Assembly (NCBI GenBank): GCA_047947115.1
Contig: CP170459.1
Span: 5,024,001 to 5,088,000, forward strand
Length of the DNA: 64,000 nucleotides
DNA from: Verrucomicrobiota bacterium
GTDB taxonomy: Bacteria; Verrucomicrobiota; Verrucomicrobiia; Limisphaerales; AAA164-E04
Direction of reading: 5' to 3'
Made by a program: the position numbers and the translations under genes. Within the stretch, counting starts at the first letter, position 1. Each line of letters starts with the position of its first letter. Below, one piece after another: positions 9,892 through 18,279 of this stretch. The notes under the pieces are model-generated. The model was not told where the DNA came from. It did no database searches and worked only from the letters and a program-made list of their open reading frames with translations.

Positions 9892-10032
9892 ATGAATAAA
9901 GGTTACGAACAAAACGCATCTCTGATGAGCTGGAAACGCCAAGCTGCTGGCGTCAAGGCAGGCGTATGCTTTTATTCAATTCCGACCATGATTCTGGTCA
10001 CCAAGAAGGAAAGGCAGCAGGAACCAAAATAA
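9892..10032 (+). CDS. Putative 46-aa leader peptide MNKGYEQNASLMSWKRQAAGVKAGVCFYSIPTMILVTKKERQQEPK
   Basis: Short ORF directly before a strong terminator that precedes the MFS gene; in-frame ATGs at 9892, 9925, 9988. Confidence 0.65.
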   Translation: MNKGYEQNASLMSWKRQAAGVKAGVCFYSIPTMILVTKKERQQEPK

Positions 10033-10059
10033 CGAAGTAACCCTACTCGGATTTATTTT

Positions 10060-10096
10060 AAAAAACCCTGCTTGCCGATCGCAAGCAGGGTTTTTT
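10060..10096 (+). terminator. Intrinsic terminator in the 5' leader of the MFS gene (attenuator)
   Basis: Stem CCCTGCTTGC (10066-10075) / GCAAGCAGGG (10081-10090), followed by T6-G-T5. Confidence 0.88.
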
Positions 10097-10128
10097 GTTT
10101 TTAAACCAAGAGGTTTCTCTCACCGAAA

Positions 10129-11388
10129 ATGAAAAACAAGGAACCCAAACCGAAACCCTCATCTCAATCCATAATGAGCCTGGCATCCAGCCTCCCCGCT
10201 TCCGTATGGGTTGTTTTGGCAGGGATGTTCATCAACCGATTCGGGACGTTTGTCATTCCCTTTCTTGGGCTGCATTTGCGCAAGTCGGGCTATACCGAGT
10301 CCCAAGCAGGGATCGCGCTGGCGTGCTATGGCGTGGGTCACTTTGCTTCCTCCATCATCGGCGGCTACATGGCGGATGCTTTGGGGCGCCGACGTTCCAT
10401 CCTGGTCAGCATGGCCTTGGGTGCCATCGCCATCTGGACTTTGTCGAACGTCACCCACATCGTATTGATCAGTGTTTGCGCCTGTTTGGCAGGCTTGACC
10501 GCCGAGATGTACCGTCCATCGGCCAGCGCTCTTATCGCAGACGAAGTGCCCGAGGAGGAACGCGTCACCGTGTTTGCGATGTTGAGATTCTGCATCAACC
10601 TGGGATGGTGCCTGGGCCCGGCCACCGGCGGCTGGTTGGCGACTCATTCATTCATCTGGTTGTTTCGACTGGACGCCATCACCTGCGTGGCCTTCGGGTT
10701 ATTGGCATGGAAATGGTTGCCGCGTTCGGAAAAAACCCATGTGGTGATGAAAAGCATATCGGACATCCCAAGAGGGTTAGTGGATCAATTCCGCATCACC
10801 ATGAAGCACACGGAATTCAGACGCCTGATATATGCCAATGTCTTGGTGGCTTTCTGCTTCATTCAATGGATCAGCACCCTGGGCATTGCCATGGAACAAG
10901 CGGGACTTCCTTCGTCATACTATGGAATCATCCTGGGTTTGAACGGCGTCATGATCGTTTTGATGGAGATCCCCTTGTCGACATGGACGCGTCGCTTCAA
11001 TCCTGCATGGATGATGAGTTGTGGCTACGCATTGATCGGTCTATCGGCCTGCCTGTTGGCCTTGCCAAAATCCATGCCCATCTTTTTGATTGGCATGGCG
11101 GTATTTACCATTGGAGAGATGATCAGTCTCCCCGTTTGTATGGCCTATGTGAGCAAGATATCCGATCCATCCCAACGAGGACGATTCATGGGGATGAATG
11201 GAGTGTCATGGTCCTTCTCGTTCGCTGTCGGCCCGAGTATAGGAATCATGATGTGCAACCAGTTTCCCAATGGCTTTTGGGCTGGTGTCGGGATTTTGGG
11301 ATTATTATCAGGCTACATCCTGATCGCTCCTCAAGCAAAACGCGAAGGTGAAAAAGCACGTGTATCCAAATGCGGTGTCACACCCTGA
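10129..11388 (+). CDS. MFS transporter, DHA1/MdtH-like efflux
   Basis: Motif A GGYMADALGRR, motif C LGPATGG, about 12 TM helices, QRGRFMG. Confidence 0.9.
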   Translation: MKNKEPKPKPSSQSIMSLASSLPASVWVVLAGMFINRFGTFVIPFLGLHLRKSGYTESQAGIALACYGVGHFASSIIGGYMADALGRRRSILVSMALGAIAIWTLSNVTHIVLISVCACLAGLTAEMYRPSASALIADEVPEEERVTVFAMLRFCINLGWCLGPATGGWLATHSFIWLFRLDAITCVAFGLLAWKWLPRSEKTHVVMKSISDIPRGLVDQFRITMKHTEFRRLIYANVLVAFCFIQWISTLGIAMEQAGLPSSYYGIILGLNGVMIVLMEIPLSTWTRRFNPAWMMSCGYALIGLSACLLALPKSMPIFLIGMAVFTIGEMISLPVCMAYVSKISDPSQRGRFMGMNGVSWSFSFAVGPSIGIMMCNQFPNGFWAGVGILGLLSGYILIAPQAKREGEKARVSKCGVTP

Positions 11389-12587
11389 ACCAACTCGGAC
11401 AACAAACGCCCCGTGGCTGGAGCCAGACTCAAGCCCAACATATTATGCCCTGTTGCAAAAAAGGTATTTTCCAGGGTCGGGCTTCTTCCGATGACCGGAA
11501 GACTGTCCCAAGTCATGGGGCGCCAACCATACCAAGTCTCAATCACCTTCTCAGTGTGAGGTTCGATCAGGTAAGGCTCGGCCGAATACCGCAGTTGCTG
11601 GATTCGGGCTTCCGGGATCGAGGTATCAAAACCGACAAATTCCATCATGGAACCCAGTCGATAAGCCCCCTCAAAGGGAGTGACGCCGACTCGGTGTTGG
11701 GGAAACAGCATGGGGTATTGTGGACAAAGGTCGGGACGCTCCATGGTCACCGAATATCCTTTGCCCGGCTGAATGGGGATGGAGCATCCCAGTTCCCTCC
11801 CCCATGCACCACTCCAAGCTCCCGTGGCAAAGACGAAGGTATCCGCTTCCATGGGACCTTGATGCGTGATAATACGTTGAAGGCGATTACCCAAAGACTC
11901 GATCGACAAGACCTGGTTGAATTCCACAAACTGGACACCTTCAGCCTGCAAACGGGCTTTCCACGATCGGCAAAGTGTGTCTGGACGCAACATGGTATCC
12001 CCTTCATACAAAAACGCGCCGGCAAGTCCCGGACGCAAGGCTGGATCCAATTCGGGTAATTCGCAGCCTTCAATGCGTCGGGCCTGAACGCCAAACGTTT
12101 TGGTCAGGAGCGCATCGGTTTCGGCAAATTCCTTCATGCCTTCAGCCGTCTGCAGAACATAGAGCAGCCCGGATTCTTTCCATTCGCAATCGATCGATTC
12201 CTCCTGCATCAAACGCCGATACTCCGACATGGAGGCATCGAGGATGGCCTTCAATTGGTGCCCCGCTTCGATCATGGGATGGTGTCGGCATCGCTTGGCA
12301 AACTCCCAGAACCATCGCCACACCTTGCGATCCAAGGTTGGTTTCACTCGAAAGGGCGCGTTGGGTTGAAACAAGGATTTGATCGCAACCCTTATCGCCG
12401 CTGGTTCCGTCAATGGCAACACATGACTGGGACACACATACCCGCAATTACCGTGGGAACAGGCTCCACCAATCCGGCCCTGATCCACCACGGAAACTGC
12501 ATAACCAGCACGGTGCAGATAATGGGCACAGGCGATCCCAATGATGCCTCCCCCGATAATGACAAGTGATTGCTTGGGCGATTCCAT
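11331..12587 (-). CDS. FAD-dependent D-amino acid dehydrogenase (probable D-hydroxyproline dehydrogenase)
   Basis: IIGGGIIG, SHGNCG, GKGYS, GWRPMTWDSLPVIG, TGHNMLGL; operon context. Start set at MESPKQ. Confidence 0.88.
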   Translation of the reverse strand: MESPKQSLVIIGGGIIGIACAHYLHRAGYAVSVVDQGRIGGACSHGNCGYVCPSHVLPLTEPAAIRVAIKSLFQPNAPFRVKPTLDRKVWRWFWEFAKRCRHHPMIEAGHQLKAILDASMSEYRRLMQEESIDCEWKESGLLYVLQTAEGMKEFAETDALLTKTFGVQARRIEGCELPELDPALRPGLAGAFLYEGDTMLRPDTLCRSWKARLQAEGVQFVEFNQVLSIESLGNRLQRIITHQGPMEADTFVFATGAWSGAWGRELGCSIPIQPGKGYSVTMERPDLCPQYPMLFPQHRVGVTPFEGAYRLGSMMEFVGFDTSIPEARIQQLRYSAEPYLIEPHTEKVIETWYGWRPMTWDSLPVIGRSPTLENTFFATGHNMLGLSLAPATGRLLSELVQGVTPHLDTRAFSPSRFA

Positions 12588-12601
12588 ATTAGAGAACAAC
12601 G

Positions 12602-13588
12602 CTAAGACTGGTTCGAAGAACGATAAACGCCCCCGACAAAGGGGTCCTCCGGATGTCTTACCAATTTTGCTTCGCTGTAAATGTAAGCATGGCCGGTGAC
12701 AGATGGTAGAATGGTCCCGCCAGGCCCCTCCTGATACGAGCCTACAAACCGACTGCCGATCACGCTCTCCTGCACCCAGGGTTCCCCGGCGTTCAAATGT
12801 CCATCCGCCGCCAGACACGCCAGCTTGGCGCTCGTCCCCGTGCCACATGGCGAACGGTCATAAGCCGCTCCCGGACACAATACAAAATTACGACCATGCC
12901 CCCCTTTGGATTGGGGTGGCCCCATCAATTCGATGTGATCAATCAAACCTTCGTTCGCCCCAGTGATACGATGCGCATCCAGATGGCATCGGATTTGTAG
13001 AGCATAATGGGTGAGGGCCTGGGTGTTTTCAGGGAGCAGAGGCATCGGGATGTCTTTGGTCAGGAAAAACCAGTTCCCTCCCCATGCAATATCGCCCTTG
13101 ATATGACCCACCCCCTCGATCTCCAGTGCAACATCCTTTCGATACCGCCAGCTGGGGACGTTTTGAATGGTGACCTTGTTTTGGCCATCCAGCTCAAAAG
13201 CAACCTCCCCCACAGGAGTGTCGAGATAATGTATTCCGGGCCCGACTTTTCCCAAATGAGCCAGAGTAACGGCCACCCCAATCGTACCATGCCCACACAT
13301 TCCCAGAATATCCACGTTGTTAAAAAAGACCACCCCGGCACAACACTTGTCATTAGAAGGCGGGCATAGCAATGCACCCACGAGAATATCGCTTCCACGG
13401 GGCTCGAGGATCATGGCCTTGCGAAAATCATCGAACTGAGCGGCAAATCGATCAGCGCGCTCGCGCATGGTTCCCCTGCCCAAGTCCGGTCCCCCCTCGA
13501 TCACCACACGTGTCGGTTCACCTTCGGTATGGGAATCGATCACCCGCACCACCCCGCCAACATCAAACGAATCTGTCATACAAAACAT
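12602..13588 (-). CDS. 4-hydroxyproline 2-epimerase / proline racemase family
   Basis: DSHTEGEPTR, MCGHG, DRSPCGTG (Cys/Cys catalytic pair). Confidence 0.92.
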   Translation of the reverse strand: MFCMTDSFDVGGVVRVIDSHTEGEPTRVVIEGGPDLGRGTMRERADRFAAQFDDFRKAMILEPRGSDILVGALLCPPSNDKCCAGVVFFNNVDILGMCGHGTIGVAVTLAHLGKVGPGIHYLDTPVGEVAFELDGQNKVTIQNVPSWRYRKDVALEIEGVGHIKGDIAWGGNWFFLTKDIPMPLLPENTQALTHYALQIRCHLDAHRITGANEGLIDHIELMGPPQSKGGHGRNFVLCPGAAYDRSPCGTGTSAKLACLAADGHLNAGEPWVQESVIGSRFVGSYQEGPGGTILPSVTGHAYIYSEAKLVRHPEDPFVGGVYRSSNQS

Positions 13589-13643
13589 GTTTCAGGATTG
13601 AGTCTCCGTATCCTATCTGCACGTTCCGGTGAAACTCACATCA

Positions 13644-14588
13644 TCAGGAGCAGGCATTACCTGCCCACTGAGACCACCATGATTTAAACTGATTCAATTG
13701 GGACTCGGCATAAGTGCGTTGGCTGGCAGACAGGGAATCCGATGGATTGAAATGGCCTTCAAACGCTTCATTCCCCTCCAACACCATCAGGTATTTGTAA
13801 TACAACACAAGATCCGGACCTTCATCGAACGAAGAAAGAACGGTGAAAGCTTCGTCAAGTTCGCGCGCATAAGCCCTGGCTTGCACATCTCCGGCCGCGG
13901 CCTTCCGGCAAAGCTTCATAAAATGCAACACTTCCCCGGGCAGAACATTTCCGATACCGGTAATGGCCCCCACAGCGCCGCAATGAACAAAGCCATGAAA
14001 CACCTGAGTGTCCACCCCTACCAATAATGCCAGATCCGGGTTCACACCCGTGATCTGTTCGGCGGCGTATGAAAGCGAATCCTTTCCTCCAAATTCTTTG
14101 AACCCGATCAAATTGGCGTGCTTACGCTGCAATTCAAAAAACAGGTCCGCCTTGGTTTCGTATCCATAATAGGGACTGTTATAAATCACCGCCGACAAAT
14201 TGGGAGCGGCTTCGAGAATCGAGGTAAAATGTGCCTTCTGAGCAACCGGTGATGTACCACGCGATAGAAGACGAGGGATCATCATCAGGCCTACCGCTCC
14301 AACCTCTGCAGCATGTTTCGCATGTTCGACCGCAATGCGAGTGTTCTGAGCGCCCGTCCCAACCACCACAGGAATGCCAGCCTCGGCCAGACGGCGCACA
14401 CCTTCCTGGCGTTGTTCATCCGTCAGCAATGGCCAGTCCCCCATCGACCCGCAATAAACCACCGCAGACATGCCCTGCTCCATCAGCGATTTTCCGGTCG
14501 ACACCAAGGCATCATAATTTGGAAGTCCATCCGAACCACAAGGCGTCATCAGCGCTGGAATGCACCCGTAAAAAAAGTCTTTCTTCAT
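13644..14588 (-). CDS. DapA-family protein, probable delta1-pyrroline-4-hydroxy-2-carboxylate deaminase
   Basis: IPALMTP, YCGSMGDW, YNSPYY, GFKEFGG; first gene of the hydroxyproline cluster. Confidence 0.85.
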   Translation of the reverse strand: MKKDFFYGCIPALMTPCGSDGLPNYDALVSTGKSLMEQGMSAVVYCGSMGDWPLLTDEQRQEGVRRLAEAGIPVVVGTGAQNTRIAVEHAKHAAEVGAVGLMMIPRLLSRGTSPVAQKAHFTSILEAAPNLSAVIYNSPYYGYETKADLFFELQRKHANLIGFKEFGGKDSLSYAAEQITGVNPDLALLVGVDTQVFHGFVHCGAVGAITGIGNVLPGEVLHFMKLCRKAAAGDVQARAYARELDEAFTVLSSFDEGPDLVLYYKYLMVLEGNEAFEGHFNPSDSLSASQRTYAESQLNQFKSWWSQWAGNACS

Positions 14589-14729
14589 GTGAATCTGTGT
14601 AAGTGATACCAAGCGCCGCCCTCCACCGGAAGGTTGACGCTTGGGAAAGACTAAGAAAACCAAACAAAAATGGGTAGCTAAATCCTCACCAACCTTTGGA
14701 ACAACGTGGACCTGGATGATTGCTTTTTA

Positions 14730-15010
14730 AACCGCCGATTTCGCAGATTGACGCAGATTTTTCATTTTTTCAAATAGGGAATTGCATGAAATTCGGGTAA
14801 GAGTGCGTCTCACCGAATTCCTTAAAGTTTCAGTTTGGGTAAGCGATATTCTCCAGAAACGCAAACGCGTTGAGGCAAAATCCGGCATCAAATGCGATGG
14901 CTCCTGGGGTGACTGGTTTGAATAACAAAGAACCAAAAAGGCAGGGCATCAGATAACAGAAACATCACGCGCCATTAAAAAATCTGCGTCAATCTGCGAA
15001 ATCGGCGGTT
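14730..15010. repeat. Perfect 33-bp inverted repeat pair enclosing 215 bp
   Basis: AACCGCCGATTTCGCAGATTGACGCAGATTTTT at 14730-14762 and its exact reverse complement at 14978-15010. Confidence 0.88.
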
Positions 15011-15025
15011 CAAAAAAAACACCAA

Positions 15026-16102
15026 CTAAGGCCCGGAGGTCACTGAGGAGCCGGAAGACATGTCGCTGTTGAGCAAGGTGCGGCCCATGCTTTCGGCCCA
15101 ACCTTTTGCGGCAGCGTAATCCGTCTTGGACCACGTATAGCTGACGCTGTCCACGGCCTGATCACGGATACCCATTTGTTCAGGAAATTGAGAAATCCAA
15201 TGTGCGGCGTCAAGATAATCCCGACCGGCCATGGAAGTGGCCATTTCCTGATAAGCAATGGCCCGGCGGGTGGAATCTTCAAAGGAATCCAACCACTGCA
15301 TGGTAGCCCCCACATTCGACATAGACCAGGTACGAGCCACCTGGCCGGCAAATTCCATGGCTATCGGAGACTGGATCATCGTGTTGGCCCAGGCGTCGAT
15401 ATGAGCCGGATTCGCTACCCGTTCAACGGAACCTGAAATCGAGGTGATCATGCCATTACGAAGCTGTAAATCCTCCATATCCATGGCCCATTGCGTGGCG
15501 CTGGAAGGATCCGAATTCGCCCATTCGGCTCCCACCGAGGCTCCGTATTGAAATTGAACTTCGGCAGGCATCTTATCCAGAAGACCAGCAGCGGCCTCGG
15601 GATCCACTTTGGCATAAGCAGTTGCAAAATCCCTGGCAAAATGAAGGACAGGCCCCTTATTACGTGCTCCATCTTCCCAGCCTTCCTTGATCATAGCGAC
15701 GGCCAAATCCGGATCCGATTGGGCAAACTGATCAGCGAGACTCGTCAGCCCTTCGTCACGCTTGACAGCAACGGGATTCTTTAATGACTCCTGGAAGGCC
15801 GAATCCAGCTCCACCTCCTCCTGCGGAGTTTCATCAAGGCTTTCTTCGCTGTTGGCAACCCTCTTGTTACCCGCTCCGGTTTTTTGAATCAAACGCATCC
15901 CTGATGCACCATACTGCTGCGTAGCGCTGGAGTCAGCGCTATCAGATGCGTTCGAAGCAGAGCCTCCACCAGCAGCCCGCTCAGAACCATCGGAAGAAGG
16001 TTTGAGGAAAAAAGCCACCGCCAACGCAAGGACGACCAACGCTATCAAACCCAGGATCAGTCCTGGCCTGGCTTGCTGAGTATTCTCAGTCCCGTGAGTC
16101 AT
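15026..16102 (-). CDS. Hypothetical protein: N-terminal TM anchor, Ser-rich linker, Trp-spaced helical repeats
   Basis: TM LILGLIALVVLALAVAFFL; repeats such as WANSDPSSATQWA; paralog of 26066-27142. Confidence 0.8.
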   Translation of the reverse strand: MTHGTENTQQARPGLILGLIALVVLALAVAFFLKPSSDGSERAAGGGSASNASDSADSSATQQYGASGMRLIQKTGAGNKRVANSEESLDETPQEEVELDSAFQESLKNPVAVKRDEGLTSLADQFAQSDPDLAVAMIKEGWEDGARNKGPVLHFARDFATAYAKVDPEAAAGLLDKMPAEVQFQYGASVGAEWANSDPSSATQWAMDMEDLQLRNGMITSISGSVERVANPAHIDAWANTMIQSPIAMEFAGQVARTWSMSNVGATMQWLDSFEDSTRRAIAYQEMATSMAGRDYLDAAHWISQFPEQMGIRDQAVDSVSYTWSKTDYAAAKGWAESMGRTLLNSDMSSGSSVTSGP

Positions 16103-16153
16103 AAATCGAAAGCATGGTCCGGATGCCGAAAGAAGGATTCTTTAAACGCCTAA

Positions 16154-17314
16154 TCAATCAAGACTGTAATAGATCTTCTCAAGCGTCGAAACGACATAGC
16201 TGGTCACCAGGGCCGGATCACGTTCCCACCAGCGACCATTGTCGTTGATCCATGAACCGTCGGCATTTTGATTTTTTGCCAAAGTTGCTACCAGATCCTT
16301 TCGCCAATCAATCTTTCGGCCATCCTTGAGTTCCAAAGTGTCGATATCATAAATGGTTAAAGCTTTGGCCATGGTGTGGTAATAGTAATAAAGCCCCTGC
16401 AATCCCATGGCGGGATTTTCATCCAAGGTGTAATTCTGTTGCAACCAATCCATAACAGCCTGAACCTGGGGGGCGTCTTTTTTCAAATTCGCATAGGCAT
16501 ATCCCAGCATACCTCCATAACTGATACTCCCATAGGACCGCAAAGCAACGCGTCCGGTCACCGGATCTTTGTATTCCCCAGCCTTACTGGAACCGGGATA
16601 ATAGACAAAACCACCTTTGTTTGCCTCATCGTCAGAAGCCCATTCCTGTTTATTAACGGAGGTCAGGTTCTGGCAATTTTGAAGAAACTTGATGGCCGCC
16701 TCGAAATTCAGTTCCTGTCCATCACTTGCAGGTTTATCCTGAGCGACGTGACGACTGTAGTAAAGCGATTCCAAAGCCTGGAGCGTGTTCCCCATGTCCG
16801 AATGCTCGTAACTGGAACCGTAACCAATCCCGCCGTCCATCGGGCTGTCGAGGATCCCCTTTTCTCCGAAATCTCCCTGCATCTTGATCAGATACTGACG
16901 TGATTTCAGAATCCGATCATTAAGATCAGGATCGTTCACCGCGGCCAACGACATCAGGCAGATGGCGGTGTTATAGGTCACCAACCCGATGTTGTGAATA
17001 CCTCCATCCTCATGGTAGCAGGAATCGATATACTTCAAGGCCTGCTTGACCGCGTTCTGATCATTGGAATCGTATTTACCGGAAGGATCACCTTTTAGAG
17101 CGACCAAAGCCATTCCCGTCACGGCAGGATGATCCGTGGTGGACCACCAGCCGTCTTTGTCCTGTGAGGATTCGAGCCAGTTGGTCCCCTTTTTGATCAA
17201 GTCAGCCACCTGCGTTTTGAGTGCTGCTTGATCCGCTGCCTGAACATGGTTGGCTGAGACGAAGCACAAACCAATTAAGGCGCTATATAAGAATGAGAGT
17301 GATTTTGGTTTCAT
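16154..17314 (-). CDS. Exported prenyltransferase/squalene-oxidase-repeat (alpha/alpha toroid) protein
   Basis: Signal peptide; QW-type motifs SQDKDGWW, QNADGSW, DGGIGY, KGGFVY; no DXDD cyclase motif. Confidence 0.85.
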   Translation of the reverse strand: MKPKSLSFLYSALIGLCFVSANHVQAADQAALKTQVADLIKKGTNWLESSQDKDGWWSTTDHPAVTGMALVALKGDPSGKYDSNDQNAVKQALKYIDSCYHEDGGIHNIGLVTYNTAICLMSLAAVNDPDLNDRILKSRQYLIKMQGDFGEKGILDSPMDGGIGYGSSYEHSDMGNTLQALESLYYSRHVAQDKPASDGQELNFEAAIKFLQNCQNLTSVNKQEWASDDEANKGGFVYYPGSSKAGEYKDPVTGRVALRSYGSISYGGMLGYAYANLKKDAPQVQAVMDWLQQNYTLDENPAMGLQGLYYYYHTMAKALTIYDIDTLELKDGRKIDWRKDLVATLAKNQNADGSWINDNGRWWERDPALVTSYVVSTLEKIYYSLD

Positions 17315-17359
17315 AATGGGTATTATCGGACGATAAAGTAGATTCTACTATTCTTTTTC

Positions 17360-18175
17360 TCAGGGTTCGCTGCTGGTTTTCTTTTGAACAGGAAAAGTAA
17401 AGGTAACCGTCACCGGGTGGTTGATGGGAGGAAGAACAGGCACATTGGCCTTCCAAAGTTCATCATTTTTGAATCCCGGACCAATGTAATTGATTATTGA
17501 ACCGTAGTCGCCAATCACCGTCACTGCGTCTCCGCTTTGATTAGCGACAAAAACGTTGCTGTTATTGACTCTGGACCCCGTGTAAAACCACTTCTCAGCC
17601 TCCATGGGTTTGCCATCCAAATTGCTCACAAACAATTCCTCAGCTTGGTATTCAATTTTTTGTCCATCCTTTTCCCAACGAACCGTCATTTTGACAGGTT
17701 GCCCAAATAATCCTGCTTTTAACATTTCGTTTAACTCGGCGGTCGGAACGATTTCATTTTCTTCCAATTTGCTGAAACGCTCCTTCAATGCATCAAAATC
17801 AGCTCCAGAAGCATTCAACATCAAGGCAAAGACATGAATATGATAGGGCATCACATCCATTTTCAGCACGCTTTCGTGTACTTTGCCATAGGAGGTCACC
17901 AGGAAGTATTCAATTGGCCCCTCATGCATATTGATACTGGCAGGAAAGGTGATGCTTCGTTTTGCCTGATTCAAGCGCACATTTCCAAGCTCAAGCACTC
18001 CGGGCTCCACCTGTTTGATAGGAGGTGGTTCCTCCGGATTGATCTTGATATCTTGAGGGGAAGGTTGCGCGGAGGGTGAAGGTGCTGTCCCAGGGGGCTG
18101 ATTGGCATCTTGCCCGATCACTCTCAAAGCCATTAGCAGCAACGAGAAAATACATCCGTATTTAAGAAAATTCAT
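17360..18175 (-). CDS. YdjY-domain exported protein
   Basis: Signal peptide; ITFPASINM..IEYFLVTSYGKVHESVL, WFYTGS, LPPINHPVTVTF resemble the YdjY family. Confidence 0.72.
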   Translation of the reverse strand: MNFLKYGCIFSLLLMALRVIGQDANQPPGTAPSPSAQPSPQDIKINPEEPPPIKQVEPGVLELGNVRLNQAKRSITFPASINMHEGPIEYFLVTSYGKVHESVLKMDVMPYHIHVFALMLNASGADFDALKERFSKLEENEIVPTAELNEMLKAGLFGQPVKMTVRWEKDGQKIEYQAEELFVSNLDGKPMEAEKWFYTGSRVNNSNVFVANQSGDAVTVIGDYGSIINYIGPGFKNDELWKANVPVLPPINHPVTVTFTFPVQKKTSSEP

Positions 18176-18279
18176 AATGGTTCATTTACACTTACGTGCC
18201 AACGTGTATGCATAGGCACTCAGGCAACTATCTTGACTAATTGACCAATTGGCTCCGGGTCAATGAAAATCCGACAACC

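Noticed and set aside
10095..11351. 418-aa alternative-frame ORF over the MFS gene
   Set aside because: No recognisable motifs, His/Arg-rich shadow composition, and it starts inside the terminator U tract.
12588..12848. N-terminal extension of the D-amino acid dehydrogenase ORF
   Set aside because: Overlaps the epimerase gene; the Rossmann motif begins right after MESPKQ.
16154..17314. Squalene-hopene or oxidosqualene cyclase call, linked to ispA
   Set aside because: Single domain, signal peptide, no DXDD/DCTAE motif; ispA is about 38 kb away in an unrelated context.
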